DNA of 64,000 bases, taken from the NCBI RefSeq assembly GCF_020745735.1, contig NC_083429.1:25277877-25341876 (forward strand), given 5' to 3'. Both the position numbers and the translations under genes were made by a program. Source of the DNA: Hemiscyllium ocellatum. Taxonomy: Eukaryota. Positions 12,554 through 26,125 of this stretch are shown piece by piece. Numbering within the stretch: position 1 is the first letter of the stretch; the number at the start of each line of letters is the position of its first letter. The notes under the pieces were generated by a model that saw only the letters and a list, made by a program, of their open reading frames with translations, made no database searches and was not told the origin of the DNA.

Positions 12554-13227
12554 GTTCCTAATGTAACAGTGAATAGCATGACAACCTCCTCCTTGATTTT
12601 GCTCAGTTTCTCATTCTCAGGTCTGTGCTCCCATTAGTCCAAAGCCCATAATCCATTGAAATTTACCCTGAACTGCCAACACTTTCCTACTGTTAACAAA
12701 AATCAAGATTTCAGTGGATACTGTATAAAAATAGGTTTGATAGTAACAGTGAACAAATTTCTGCTCATTCAACACAAAGCCATAAATCCAATGTTGAAAG
12801 AACAGGTGAGTTCCACAGGGACCTCTTGCTCAGTGACCGCACCATTTAGTTTCAGTTAATACATGTATTATAATATAGAATAATGTAATACTGTATTAAT
12901 AAGAAATATGTTCAGCTAATAAATTGTGAATATAAAGCTAGTCTCAGCAATGCAACTTTCATTGAATGCTCTTAACAAAAAAAATGTTGCAAATTTGTCA
13001 TCCTTATCTATTCTGGCCTCTGCATTAATGAGTTTAAGTCTTAACGTGCCTTATAAATGCCCAAGGAAGCCACTCAGTTCAAGAGAAATCTGGGATGGTC
13101 GACAAATGCTGGTCTTGCTGGTGATACTCACTTACCATGAAAAAATAAGTGGAATAAGTTCCAATCCCAGCTGCAGCTAATTTTGCCATTACAATCAGTT
13201 GATGCCTACTTTCTATCAGATGAGTGG

Positions 13228-13857
13228 TCAAGTTTGATTTGATATGATTTGATTTGATTTACGTTTTGTCATATGTACCATGATACAGTGAAAAGTGTTG
13301 TTTTGTGAGCTATACAGGTAGATTGTACATACAAAGCGCATCAGGGTGGCAGAACAGAGTGTTACAGCTGCAGAGAAGGTGCACAGAGAGAGAGAGAGAT
13401 CAGCATTGAGGTCCATTTAAAAGTCTGATAATAGCAGGGAAGAAGCTGTTCTTGAGTCTGTTTTACCTGTATTCAAACTTTTATGTCTTCTGCCTGACAA
13501 AAGAGGGTGGAAGTGAGTAAAACTGGAGTGGGAGGCATCTTTGATTATATTGGTTGTTTTCCTGAAGCAGCTGGAAGAATAGATGGAGTCAATGGATGGA
13601 AGGCTGGTTTTCGTGATGGACTGGGCTGTGTTTATGACACTCTATAGTTTCTAGTGGTCTTGGGAAGACCAGTTACCAATCCAAGTAGCAATGCATCCAG
13701 ATGGAATGCTTTAAAAATTGGAAAGACTTTGTGGACATGCTGAATTTCTTTAACCTCCTGAGGAATTAGAGATGTTATTGTGCTATGTGGACCATTGCTT
13801 CAATGTGTGTTGATGAGGGCAGATTGTTGGTGATCATCACTCCCAGGAACTTGACTT
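13228..13857 (-). mobile_element. Rex1/Babar LINE 3' fragment
   Basis: (AAATC)n-like tail, ttcactgta 3' motif, and coding remnants (KFLG.., ..KNSFFPAI) similar to the Rex copy at 39628-41790. Confidence 0.75.
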
Positions 13858-15624
13858 AGAACTATTCCAGCATTTTCCTACCTCTAAACACCAAAGGCAC
13901 TGAGGTCAACAATCCCAGCTGAGATGTGCCAATCCAACACTGGGAAAAGGCTCAGATCTTTTGGACTGCCAAAAGTGGTGTTACATTGAGCAAAATATTT
14001 ACCAATTAGAAATTAAGAAGTAAAGAATGTGAAACAAATTGTTGAATGTGTTCCTGTTTTGGGTTGCAGTGATGAATCTAAATGAAATCACAGTAGCCCA
14101 CAGCTCGAGCACCACATGTTACTAAAAAAGTAAAAAAAAGCAAGACATTTTTGCTGGCTGAGGCTATGCAAAGGAGATGGAGCAAAGGAACACTGAATGG
14201 AGGCAGAGCATGCGCGCTGAATGAATGGTCTGCTTCTGTTCCTGTGATCCTTTGCAGTTTAGGGCTCCAAATATCATAAAAGTTTTGAAGCAATAGAGAG
14301 GTTACAAAGCAGATTTACTTGCTGCCTGGTCTGAGCAAATCAGAATATAAAGAAAGCCTTTAGAAATTGGGACTTCTAATAAAGTAGTTTCCAACTAATT
14401 TCAGTGAAGGCACAATAGGCCGAATGACCTCCTATGCACTAAAATAATTCCTTGATTTAACAGAGGCATTTAAAGTCATGGGACATTAATAGTGACTTTG
14501 CCCTCCTTTTACCAGATAATACTTCCTGGGTAGCTTCTGTACATCCAGCAGAAATGTATCCACAAGGAGCAGATAAAGGGGACTCATGGGAATGCAGTTT
14601 ATAATCCTTCAGACATACAATCTCTGTCAGTGTGATCCCCACTTGGTGTGTGTTACCAGCCCTTAGACATCTCAAAGAGGTCAGACTGTTGAGCTTAAGC
14701 ATGAGTTTATTTTCCCCGCAGAACATTCCCTCCACATTACTCTTGCTGCTTCTCTGTAAGCTCCCAATACTTGTGTATTCAGTTTGATGTGATGCAGTTG
14801 GCATCGCACAAGAGTATTAACCAGACCTTTTTAAAACCTCTGCACAATCTCTGCCCAATACACTGCTCTCGCTTGACACTTCGACATTCAATTTCCTTTC
14901 TCATTTACTTCTGTATGTTAACAGCATGAGTCCAACTATATTCCTGAGTCCTTTTCAGACCATGCTGCATTAATCCTGCCCCCCTGTGTGCTACACATCA
15001 ATGCTTTGCCTTTTACCATTTTTGGCATGTCTGTATTAAGTATTATTCTCTATTATTTGTAATGTGTCTAAAGATGTTTGTAAACGGCTACTTCCTCAGT
15101 CTGACTTCCTATTTTAATGTCACCTGAAAATTTAATAAGCTACATTTTGCTTCTTGGGTAATGAACGATCTGGATGCATAAACTATCAATGAGAATGTAT
15201 GAATTCATATGCCTGTTGCGAAAACACATTGGGACTGTGGGCCCAGGGGTTAGAGATCCCAGCAGGATTCTCCATTATTAATGGCAGACAGAAGACCCTG
15301 TAAGGCCAGCTGATCCGCTGACACAACTGTGCAATCGTGGTGGGCAAAACGCCATAGTGTGAGTCTGAATCCGCAAACTTTACTTCATAAACTTAAGCAT
15401 GAACAATCTCTTCAACGTTCAACACCTCTGCCATTCAACATTAAGTGTCCTCGAGGATTTCCAGAATCTCTCTGCAGATGTACCTTCACCCAGCACCTCC
15501 TTATAGTCGGACTTCCCTTCCAAAATCTCTTTTAGAAAAGATCCCAAATCTTGCCACTTTTACTGCCTTTGAGATATTATTTAAGACCTCGCTCTTTGCT
15601 TAAGCTTTTGGTCACCTGTTCTGC

Positions 15625-16375
15625 AAGACACTTGTTAGTCCTCAGTTGGAGTATTGTGGACAGTTGTCATCTCACAATATAGGAAAAATGTGAATGCATC
15701 AGACAGAGTGCAGAAGTGATTTACAGAAATAATTCCGATTGAGAAACCTCAGTTCTGAGGACAGGTTGAAGAGGTTGGGACTGATCTCCTTGGAAAAAAA
15801 GAAGGCTGAGAGAAGACTTGACATAGTCTTCAAAGTCATGAATGGGTGGGATAGAAAAGATAGGGAGAGATTGTTCTCATGTGTAAAACAAAAATGAGAG
15901 AGCAGATATAAAACGCAAATGAAGCAATGGTGATGTGAGAAAAAGTATTTTGACACAGCGAGTAGCTAGGAGAAAGTGAGGTCTGCAGATGCTGGAGATC
16001 AGAGCTGAAAATGTGTTGCTGGAAAAGCGCAGCAGGTCAGGCAGCATCCAAGGAACAGGAAATTCGACGTTTTGGGCATAAGCCTGATGAAGGGCTTATG
16101 CCTGAAATGTCAAATTTCCTGTTCCTTGGATGCTGCCTGACCTGCTGCGCTTTTCCAGCAACACATTTTCAACAGCGAGTAGCTAGGTCATGAAATGCAC
16201 TACCTGGAAATAATATGGAGAAAGGCTCAATTACAGCATTCAAGAGGATATTGGATAATTATTTGAATAAAAAGGTGTACAGGGATATAGGGAAAAGGCA
16301 GAAGATTGGCACAAGATAATAGAACGGGTACAGGCACAATGGGCCAAATGGCCTTCTTCTGCATCTTAATGAAGA
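15625..16375 (+). mobile_element. Old CR1 LINE 3' fragment interrupted by a Penelope palindrome
   Basis: LVSPQLEYC..RVQK-F remnants and a CR1 3' UTR. Confidence 0.7.
15971..16171. mobile_element. Penelope-like pLTR palindrome (family A)
   Basis: Inverted arms. Exact 16-bp TSD acagcgagtagctagg (15955-15970, 16172-16187). Hammerhead CTGATGA-A-GGGC(TTAT)GCCT-GAAAT-GTC from 16084. Confidence 0.85.
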
Positions 16376-16379
16376 TCTT

Positions 16380-16740
16380 ACAGATGTTTATAAAATAATG
16401 AGGGGTATAGGTAAAGCGAATGGCGGGTGTCTTTTACATAAGTGGGGGATTTCAAGACCAGGGGCATAAATTTAAGGTGAGAGGAGAAAGAGTAAAAAAT
16501 ATGAAAATCAATTCTTTTACACAGAGAGTGGTTCATGTATAGAATGAATTTCCAGAGGAAGTGATAGATGTAGGTACAGTCACAACATGTAAAAGACATT
16601 TAGATAAGTACATGAATAGGAAATGTTTGGAGATATGCGGGCAAAGTGCAGGTAGTTGGGACTAGTTCAGTTTGGGATTATGGTCAGCCTGGACAGGTTG
16701 GACCAAAGATCTACTTCCGTACTGTATGATTGTATGACTC
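16380..16740 (+). mobile_element. CR1 LINE 3' end
   Basis: VYKIMRGIG..FKVRGE..FTQRVV remnants and an (atgact)n-like tail. Confidence 0.8.
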
Positions 16741-18384
16741 AATAAAAGTTGTATGGTTCTGCAATACTATCTCCTGTGACTCAATATCATTTTTTAAAAT
16801 AATGTTGTTTTGAATTACCTTGGGGCAGATTCCTGCATTAAAGATGCTAGGTAAATGTGCTGCTGTCAAATGTGCTGTCAACTTACCCAGAGAATGAGCT
16901 GATGATTTGTTTGATGACCATTAACTATCTAATAACCTCCAAATGAGAGATGCATCTGTTTCTATAGGATTGGAGGTCACCTCATTCAAGAGGTAGGTAC
17001 GTGACAGCATTATTACAGGGACTGAATGCAAGCCTGGGCTAGTGCCAACTACATCAAGGGGTCAGAGATAGATTTTTCAAATGTATTTCCCAAATTAGCC
17101 CAGGATGTTGGCTCCCAAATGATTATTGAGTTTCAGGGTGGAGTGGCAGGGAAGGTTGGACCAGTGGGAATTTTCCTCATGTTTCATGTGCATGTAGTTT
17201 TCTCATCAGTATTCGAAAACTATCTTCCTTTGTGCTAGTTTGTGCCAACCAGTTAAGATTCGTTCCATCACCCCTTCTCCCCCTGACTATAGTTTTGCTG
17301 GGGGTCCTTGGTGCTACAGTAGGTCAAATTCTTTCTTTCTTTCATCTCACCTCAGGTGCATAGAAATTTTCCAATCTAATGTTCTTAAAGTATTGTTTTA
17401 TATCAGGCCCTGCTGAAACGTTTTGCCTTCAGTGTATTTTGATATGTAGCCTTTTATCCGTCACTGAACTTCTTGATTCATGGTTAATTTACTGCTGATA
17501 GTCATTTTTTTATATTTAACTTAATATAAGCAATATTAAAGTTAGTCAGTCCATCTCCAGTAGGAAGACAGGAAGAACAAGCTGCACAATATGTTGATAT
17601 GTTTTGTTTTCACAAGTTAGCTTAAAGCCATTCACAACCACGGATGCAGCTTTAAAGCATATCACTGTTGTATAAGATGCAACTAAAACAATTTGTGCAT
17701 TTCAGGGTCTCAAAAGCAAGCTCTGAAGTGAGCTAGCAAACCAATCAATCTGGGGGCAATTAACAATAGGCAACAAATGCAGGCCTTGCCATTGTCATAC
17801 ACATTCTAATAAAGAAAGAAAATAGACAATTCAGCTCATCTCTTTCCCCTGACTTTTCACTGTAACCCTGTAAATCTTTCTCTGCCAATAATTGTCGAAT
17901 TCCTTTTGGAAAGCCACAATTCAAACTGCCTCCCACAAACCATCGAGCAATTTTAGAACCTAATTTACATAAAAAGATACTGTATGTCTTTTTATTTCTC
18001 CATCTCCCCTATCAACTCCCTTGGTCATTCTAAACATCTCACTTGTGCTCAGTCCTTAATGTGCCATATTCAGGGGGATGCAATCTGAAATTCCTTGTTA
18101 TTGCCACTCCCATTTCCACTCCTATCATCCCTTGACTCTGTCTCCTGGGATACAGTTCTCTGATTGTAAGTAAGCTTCTCAAACCTTGCTGAAGTATCCA
18201 TTGTTAACAGAGCTTCACCAGCAAGTTATCGTCAGAGAGGCTATCCTAGCTAATCAGTTTATTGTCCAACACGTAAGCAACTATTTACAACAAAATCTAT
18301 GGCCTAAATCATACAGATCATTCGAGATGAACCAAATTCTGTTGTTACTCAACACTGGGAGAGTCCAGAACTCGACAGCATAGT

Positions 18385-18657
18385 GTAAGTGGGAAAAATT
18401 TAAAGGGGACTTGAAGGTCAACTTTTTCACACAAAGGGTGGTGCATGCATGGAATGAACTGCTAGAGAAAGTGGAGGAGGTTGGTGCAATTACACCATTT
18501 AAAAGGCATCTGGATGAATACATGAATAGAAAAAGTTTAGAGGGATATGGGCCAAGTGCTGGCAAATGGTACTAGATTAGGTTAGGATATCTGGTTGGCA
18601 TGGACGAGTTCGACCAAAGGGTCTGTCTCCATGCTGTACATCCCTATGACTCTATGA
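18385..18657 (+). mobile_element. CR1 LINE 3' end
   Basis: FKGDLKVNFFTQRVVHAWNEL..FKRHLDEYMNR and a ctatgactctatga tail. Confidence 0.85.
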
Positions 18658-19010
18658 TTATACTGGCACGTGTATGACTTGCAGTAGGAGTGTGTACTTA
18701 TTGCAAAGAGGCAGAAACCAGAGTCAATTATTTCCTTCCATGTCCTACTGGCTCTCAGCTCAAAGATAGAAATCTCATTGACATATCATGACACCCTGTG
18801 CAATATTACCTGTATGCCTCCATCTAAATCTTTTGTTCTATACATCATTGCTTATTGTGATCTGCTTTTTGTATTGCGTACTGCTCGTGAACAAAACTTT
18901 TCACTGTACTTCAGTACACGTAACAATGAATAAGTCAATTTGCTGATTCAGCACAGTCTAAGGCTCGAATTCAAGATCACCTGCTCTCCATGGCTCAGAA
19001 TTAAAGAACA

Positions 19011-21902
19011 TGGGGGATGTGAATTTGAATTGTAGCTCCAGTGTACAGGAGGTTGAGGGCAGTGAGGTCAGAGATAGGTTTACAAAGTCGCAAGAGGGCA
19101 CCAGCAACCAGGATGTTGGTTTGAAATATGTGTACTTCGACGCCAGGAGCATCCAGAATGAGGTGGGTGAACTGGGCAGCATGGGTTGGTACCTGGGATT
19201 TTGATATTGTGGCCATTTTGAGACATGGGTAGGTGAGGGACAGGAATGGTTGCTGCAGATTCTGGGATTTAGATGTTTCAGTAATAAGATGGTAAAAGAG
19301 ACCGGCAGGGGGTTGGCATTGTTAATTCAAGGGTAGTATTACCACCGATGAGATAAAGATTGAGGACTCATTCACTGAGGTAGTTTGGGCTGTGATTAGA
19401 AACTGGAAAGGAGAGGTCACCCTGTTGGGAGTTTGTATAGGCCTCTGAGTTGTTCCAGGGATGAAGAGGAAAGGATAGAAAAGAGATTTCTCGATAGGAG
19501 GAAGAGTAACAGGTTAGTTGTAACTTCACTAATATTGACTGGGAGTACTACAGTTCAAGTAGTTTAGATAGGTCAGTTTTTGTTCAATGTGTGCAGGAGG
19601 GTTTTCTGACACCATATGTAGACAGGCCAACAAGAGGTGATGCCATATTGGATATAGCACTGAGAAATTAACCCGGCCAGGTGTTAGATTTGGAGGTAGG
19701 TGAGGACTTTGGCGATAGTGACCATAATTCGATTATGTTTACAATAGCAATGAGCAGGGATAGCTATATACCATAGAGAAAGAGGTATAACTGGGGGAAA
19801 GGCAATTATGATGTGATTAGGCAAGATTTTGGATGCATAGGATAGGAAAGGAAACTGCAGGGGATGGACACTCCTGAAATGTGGAGCTTATTCAAAGAAC
19901 AGCTACTGCGGGCCCTTGATAAGTGTATACCTATCGGGCAGGGAGGTGGTTTTCAAGAGAGGGAGCCATGATTTATTAAAGAAGTTGAAGCTCTTGTCAA
20001 GAGGAAGAAGAAGGCATATGTGAGGATGAAGAGTGAAGGCTCAGTTAGGGGCCTTGAAAATTATAAGTTAGCCAGAAAAGAACTAAAGAGAGGACTAAGA
20101 AGATCCAGGAGGGGACAGGTTGGTGGATAGGATCAAGGAAAACCCTAAGGCTTTCTATAGGTATACCAAGAAGATTAGGGCCAATCAAACATAGTAGTAG
20201 GAAGTTTTGTGTAGAAGCTGAGGACATACGGAAAGCACTTAATGAATACTTTTTGTCAGTATTGACATTGGAAAAGGGCAATGTTAGTGAAAATACAGAA
20301 ATAAGGCTACTAGATTAGACAGGATTGTGGTTGACAAAGAGAAGGTTTTAGCAATTTTGGAAGATCTGAAAATAGATCCTGGACCGGATGGGATTTATCC
20401 TTGGATTCTGTGGGTAGCCAGGGAGGAGATTGCAGAGCCTTTGGCTTTGATCTTTATGCCATCATTGTTAACAGGAGTAGTGCCAGAAGACTGAAGGATA
20501 GCAAATGCTGATCCCTTGCTTAAGAAGGGGAGTCGGGACAACTGTGATAATTATAGGCCAGTGAGCCTTACTTCAGTTGTGGTAAGGTGCTGGAAAAGGT
20601 TATAAGTGATAGGATTTATAATCATCTGGAAAGGAATAATTTGATTAGGGACAGTCAACACGTTTTTGTGAAGTGTAGGTTGTGCCTCACTAATCTTATT
20701 GAGTTCTTCAAGTAGGTGACAAAACAAGTAGATGAAGGTAAAGTGGCTAATGTGGTGTATATGGACTTCAGTAAGGCATTTGATAAGATTCCACATGATA
20801 AGCTATTGCACAAAATTCGGAGTTTCAGGATTGAAGGTGATTTAGTGGTTTGGATCAGAAATTGGTGAGCTGAAAGAAGACAGAGGGTGGTGGTTAATGG
20901 GAAATGTTCCTTCTGGAGCTCAGTTACCAGTGGTGTGCTGCAAAGATTTGTTTTGGGCCCACTGCTGTTTGTCATTTTTATAAATGATCTGGAGGTGGAC
21001 GTAGAAGGATGGGTTAGTAAATTTGCAGATGACACTAAGGTAGACAAAGTTGTGGATAGTGCAGAAGGATGTTGTGGGTTACAGACGGACATAGACAAGA
21101 TGCAGAGCTGGGCTGAGAAGCGGCAAATGGAGTTTAATACAGAAAAGTCTGAGGTAGTTCATTTCAGAAGAAGTAACAGGAATGCAGAGTACTGGGCTGA
21201 TGGTAAAATTCTTGGCAGCATAGACGAACAAAGAGATCTCAGTGTCCAGGTGCATAAATCCCTGAAAGTTACCACCCAGGTTGAGAGGGTTGTTAAGAAG
21301 GCATATGGTGTGTTGGCACTTATTGGTAGGAGTATCTAGTTTCAGAGCCATGAGATCATGCTTCAGCTGTACAAGACACAAGTAAAGCCGCACCTGGAGT
21401 ATTGCATGCAGTTCTGATCACCGCATTACAGGAAGGATGTGGAAGCTTTGGATAGGGTTCAGAGGCGATTTATCAGAATGTTGCCTGGTATGGAAGGAAG
21501 ATCTTATGAGGAAAGGCTGAGAGAACTGAAGTTGTTTTCGTCAGAGAGAAGAAGGTTGATAGGTGACTTAATCGAGATGTATAAATAATCAGAGGGTTAG
21601 ACAGGGTGGACAGTGACAGCCTTTTTCCTTGGATGGTGAAGGCTAACACCAGGGGACATAGCTTTAAATTGAGGGGTGTTGGAGGACAGATATCAAGGGT
21701 AGTTTCTTTACTCAGAGAGTAGTAGGGGTGTGGAATGGCCTGCCTGCAACAGTCGTACACTCGTTGATGTTAAGGGCATTTAAATGGGCATTGGACATAC
21801 ATATAGATAATAGGGAACAGTGTAGGTTAGATGGGTATCGGATTAACTCCAAAGATTGAGGGCTGAGAGGCTTGTACTGCACTGTAACGTTCTATGTTCT
21901 AT
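19011..21902 (+). mobile_element. Near full-length degenerate CR1 LINE ORF2 (APE endonuclease + RT)
   Basis: EN start LKYVYFDARSIQNEVGEL, SDHN motif, RT motifs SGVLQRFVLGPLLFVIFINDL and SKFADDTK, tail ttctatgttcta. Many stops and frameshifts. Confidence 0.92.
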
Positions 21903-22354
21903 AACACTGTGCTCTTGACCACTAATCTGTCAGGGAGAGCATGTGACATACAGAAACCACCCGCAGCTTCCTTAACTTTAATGTGTTATTGAAGTATAGT
22001 GCTCAGGTCTCAATGGCTCAGCTGCTCATTCACCATAAGCTGAACAGTTGAACTGAAAGAACAAAGTCACTGTCATTGACACCCATACAAACCAGGAGAG
22101 ATGGCTGAGAGTGAAGCTTAATGACATGTGAAGCTGCAGCCCAGGAAATATTCATACCTTCAGGAGAGAAGAGGAGAAAACAAGGGTGTGGAGGAAAACA
22201 GGATAAAAGTTATCAGTGAAGTTTCAGATGAATATACAATCTAGGGGCAGAAGTAGTTCAAGTTGCCTCTCAAACCTACTCTACCATTCAATAAGGTCAT
22301 GGCTGATCATTGAATTCAATATGGCCACCTATCCTAGATAACCTATCCTTTTTA

Positions 22355-22855
22355 AAGATGCACTATGGAAAGCATTCTATCCGGATGCATCACAACGTGG
22401 TTCGGCAACTGCTCTTCCCTAGACTGCAAGTAACCAGAGAGATTTGTGAACACATTCCCAGTCCATCACACAAACTGGCCTTCCATCCGTTGACTCCACC
22501 TACATTTCTTGTTGCCTCAGGAAAGTAATCAACATAATCAAAGACTCCTATCACCCTGGTTATACTCCCTCCCACCCTCTTCCATCCAGCAGAAGACATA
22601 AAGGTTTGTATACACGTACAAATAGATTCAAGAACTGCTTCTTCCCTGCTGTTATTAGGCTTCTAAATGAACCACTCAAATTTTAAATGTAATGTTGATC
22701 TCACTCTCTCTGCACTTTCTCCACAGCTGTCACATTTTATTCTTCGCTTTGCTCTATTACCCTATGGTATGAAATGGCATGATCTGCCTGTACTGCATGT
22801 AAAACAAAATTTTTCACTGTACCTAGGTACATGTGACAACAATAAATCAAACTGA
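22355..22855 (+). mobile_element. Rex1/Babar LINE 3' fragment
   Basis: ESILSGCITTWFGNC..RFKNCFFPAVIRLLN remnants and a ttttcactgtacct..aataaatcaaa end. Inserted in an antisense CR1 tail. Confidence 0.8.
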
Positions 22856-24259
22856 ATAACCTTTTATTCCATAGTCTAACAAGAAGTTATCCACCTCTAT
22901 GAGTAAGAATATTCGATGCTCCTGCTCCACCACCTCCTAGATAATATGAAAACATATTGCATGAGAAAGAGTATGGAAGAGATTTATAAGGATATTGCCA
23001 TGAAAATTGATTCTGATGTTAAGGGGAGATTTATTGAGACATATAAAATTGAATAGCTAGATAGAGTGGTGATCCATCCCCTTTAACAGAGTGTCAATAA
23101 CCTGGGGGCGTAGATTTAAAGTAATTGGCGGACAGATTAACAGGTTTAATTTATTCCTACAATATGAGCAAACCAGTCCCTGGTTACATCACTAAACACC
23201 GGGCGAACTTGCTGTCTGTTGCTCTTTATGAGTTAATGGGTCCTTTTATATTGTCTTGAAGATACAAATATATGGATGATCAATCATTCATTCTATTAAG
23301 TGATTTATTACCTGGAACTTTCATTTGAAAAGCAAAACAGCCTTAAATCAGATCAGACATTATGTTAAAAATAGTTGCAGAGGTCAAACCTACCAGAGAG
23401 GCCAGGTTGCTAATAAACCTTTGATGTGGATTAACAGAAAATATATCTGAGCAGCTGTCATGCAGAATTTTACACCTGCAATTATTTAAATTCTTTGAAC
23501 CTTAGGACAATGAGAAACAGGTACCTCGTCTGCCAAAAACAAAGGAAATCCAACAAAAACACATTTTGCAAATGGCTGCTGCAAGTCCCCGTGCCTTGTG
23601 TTTCAATAGCATCTTGATGGCATTGACAATGGGAGCTTGAAGATCGGTCATTATAATGGGCCACTTCCATTGTCTGCCAATAGCCAAATGCCACATGATC
23701 AAGACCTCACTTAGGAGGGACGAAAATGATAAATCTCTCTGTCTTTGACAGACATGCAGTCTTATATGTAGATGAGTCTTGCAGTCTGCCTCAGAAAGGT
23801 GGTAACATCAAGAAGAATGGAATAAAGGCATCTCCATCTTAACAATTCTCAAGTTCAGACCCTACCCAAAAGTTGGAATGTATCACAGAGATAGAGAATT
23901 TACAAAATGAAAGAAAACTTTAAGTGCCAAAGCAAACATTCTGAAAAAAAGGACTGATTGCACTTTAAGAGGTTGTTTACAGCAGTACAAAGAGCTAGGC
24001 ACACCAGAACTTTAGGACAATATCAGAGCCGATATTTCTTACTCTCTTTCGGACTTCAATTCTATCTCCAAGCATAACCCCTTCCCTCCCGACCACTCCT
24101 TGTATGTGTGTTTCATGGAATCCACCATAAGTTTTACCTTTTTGATAATATTTATACTTTTTACTGAGTGAATTTCCAATACAATTCCAGAGACCACCAG
24201 GGATGGTGCCTCCACTGGGGGCTGTGCAGTGACTCAGTGGGCAACTCTCTGTTCGTATC

Positions 24260-24486
24260 AGCGTGGGTACCCTCTGGGTGCTCCTGTTTCCTCCCACAGT
24301 CCAAAGATGTACAGTTGAGGTGGATTGGCCATGCTAAATTGTCCAGGGCTGCGCAGGCTAGATGCGTTAGCCATGGGAAATGCAATGTTACGAGGATAGG
24401 GTGGGGAGTTGTGTCTGGCTGGGATGCTCTTCAGTGCAGACATGATGGGTCAAATTGCCTCTTTCCACACTGTCGGGATTCCATGA
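24260..24486 (+). mobile_element. HE1-type SINE, 5' truncated
   Basis: ctcccacagtccaaagatgt..ggattggccatgctaaattg core and CR1-like tail. Confidence 0.8.
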
Positions 24487-26009
24487 AAATCAACATCTTA
24501 ATTTGCTTAACATAGGAGACCTGTGTTGCTTAGTCCTTCATCACTTTGCAAGGGCAAATAACAATTAATTATAAAAATGGCAACTGTTTTTACAGATTTA
24601 AAACTATGATAACCAATATCAGTGGTTAAAAGAGAGGAATTTATTCATCCCTCTAGACTTGGTTGCAACCAAATAATGGAAGGAATCGAAAGAGAAATAT
24701 TTTCACCAGAGGATCGTAAGGATTTAGAACTCACTTCTTGAGAGGCTGGTGGAGGCTGAAATCCTTTCTGCATTGATAAAAAAGCTATATTTACAATCAA
24801 TGTGCTGTAATCTTCCATGCTACAGGAGAAGAACTGGAAATTGGGATTAGTCTCTTTTAGCCAGCGCAGGTCAAATGATTTCCTGCTGTAAATTTTCTGC
24901 GTTTCCCTGTTTCTATACTTAAAAGATCTTACGCAGTTCTCTCTTCCCTTTTACCTCAATAGATTTTTTTTTGTGACACAAGGAAATTAATTGAATTAAA
25001 ATTTGCAAAGGTTTGAATGTTCAATTGTGGCAATGCCCATGCCCCATAGTCTATATCTGTTCTGCACAGACTAACAGAATGATGAACTCTGTACCTCGTC
25101 CCGCTATCAGTGCATTGTTGCCTGAATGGATCATCTTCAGTCATGAATGAATTTGCCAACATCAACACTCAGAACAAACCAGCAACACTCCCAACTGCAC
25201 TGTCTCTCCTTGTTTGCTTCTGATGGCACTGCAGTCATATTTTAATCTTCAGATGACTGGCAGAATTACACATCTCTGTTGCAGCAGGCACTTTGTAGAA
25301 ACATATGCATAGGATTTTAATATTTATCTTTGGATTGTTTGGCGCATAATCACCCAGAAACAGTTTATGTTAATGCTTCTGTCAGACTACAAGCTGCTTG
25401 TCAATCTTAATGTACTCATTATGTACCCTTCAGTAGAGTACAGAACACATTTACAAAGGGTTACGGACTGGTCTTCTGACAGTTATTAATTTAGTCTTTT
25501 CTGAGATTTCTCTTCTTCATTTTATCCAGTTGTTCTCTTCCTCTCTCGGTACAATCATTGACGTCCCCTCCCCCTCCACTCATGCCCCTACCCCCACTCT
25601 GCCTTTGTAAAAGCACACTTTACTCTCTTTGCTCTGCTTAAACAGACTGATTGTTATTATCAAATCATTAATATAGTCACACCTTATTTTCATTTTTTAA
25701 AGATGATGTCAGGAATAAGTTGGCAGTAACTGAGAAATTTGTAGCAATGTTAAACTTGATATATGCAGGGCTATTCAATAATGGTACAGGAAAAGAAAGT
25801 CACCATTGGAATAAAAGTGAGGCATGGTAGGATTGTGGATATTGAATTCGCTAATGAAATTTCCATTATCTTTTATTTTGGGGTTACATTATGTCTTTTT
25901 GTTACTAATACTACCCCTTACACCAGTAATACTATCCCTTACACCAGTACTGAGTGCCTGGAGGATAAGTGAGGGACCTATTTCAAACTGTAAACCGAAA
26001 GACCTAGGG

Positions 26010-26125
26010 ATGCTGTAAATGAGTAACAGGAACAGAAATTGCTGGAAAAGCACAGCAGATCTGACAGCATCTGTGGAGAGAAATCAAAGTTAACATTTGG
26101 AGTCCAGTGAACTCTTCCTCAGAAG
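26010..26125 (-). mobile_element. Solo Penelope-like pLTR (family D), decayed
   Basis: Similar to 9675-9887. Minus strand ttctgaggaagagttcactggactccaaatgttaac. Confidence 0.6.

Noticed and set aside
14457-14804. 115-aa minus-strand ORF
   Set aside because: No recognisable domain and no convincing splice context. The length is compatible with chance.
25078-25126. C/D-box snoRNA-like ATGATGA...CTGA
   Set aside because: The boxes are too close together, and there is no terminal stem or recognisable guide.
25906-25950. 22-bp tandem duplication (taatactaYcccttacaccag)
   Set aside because: Ordinary local slippage duplication with no further structure.
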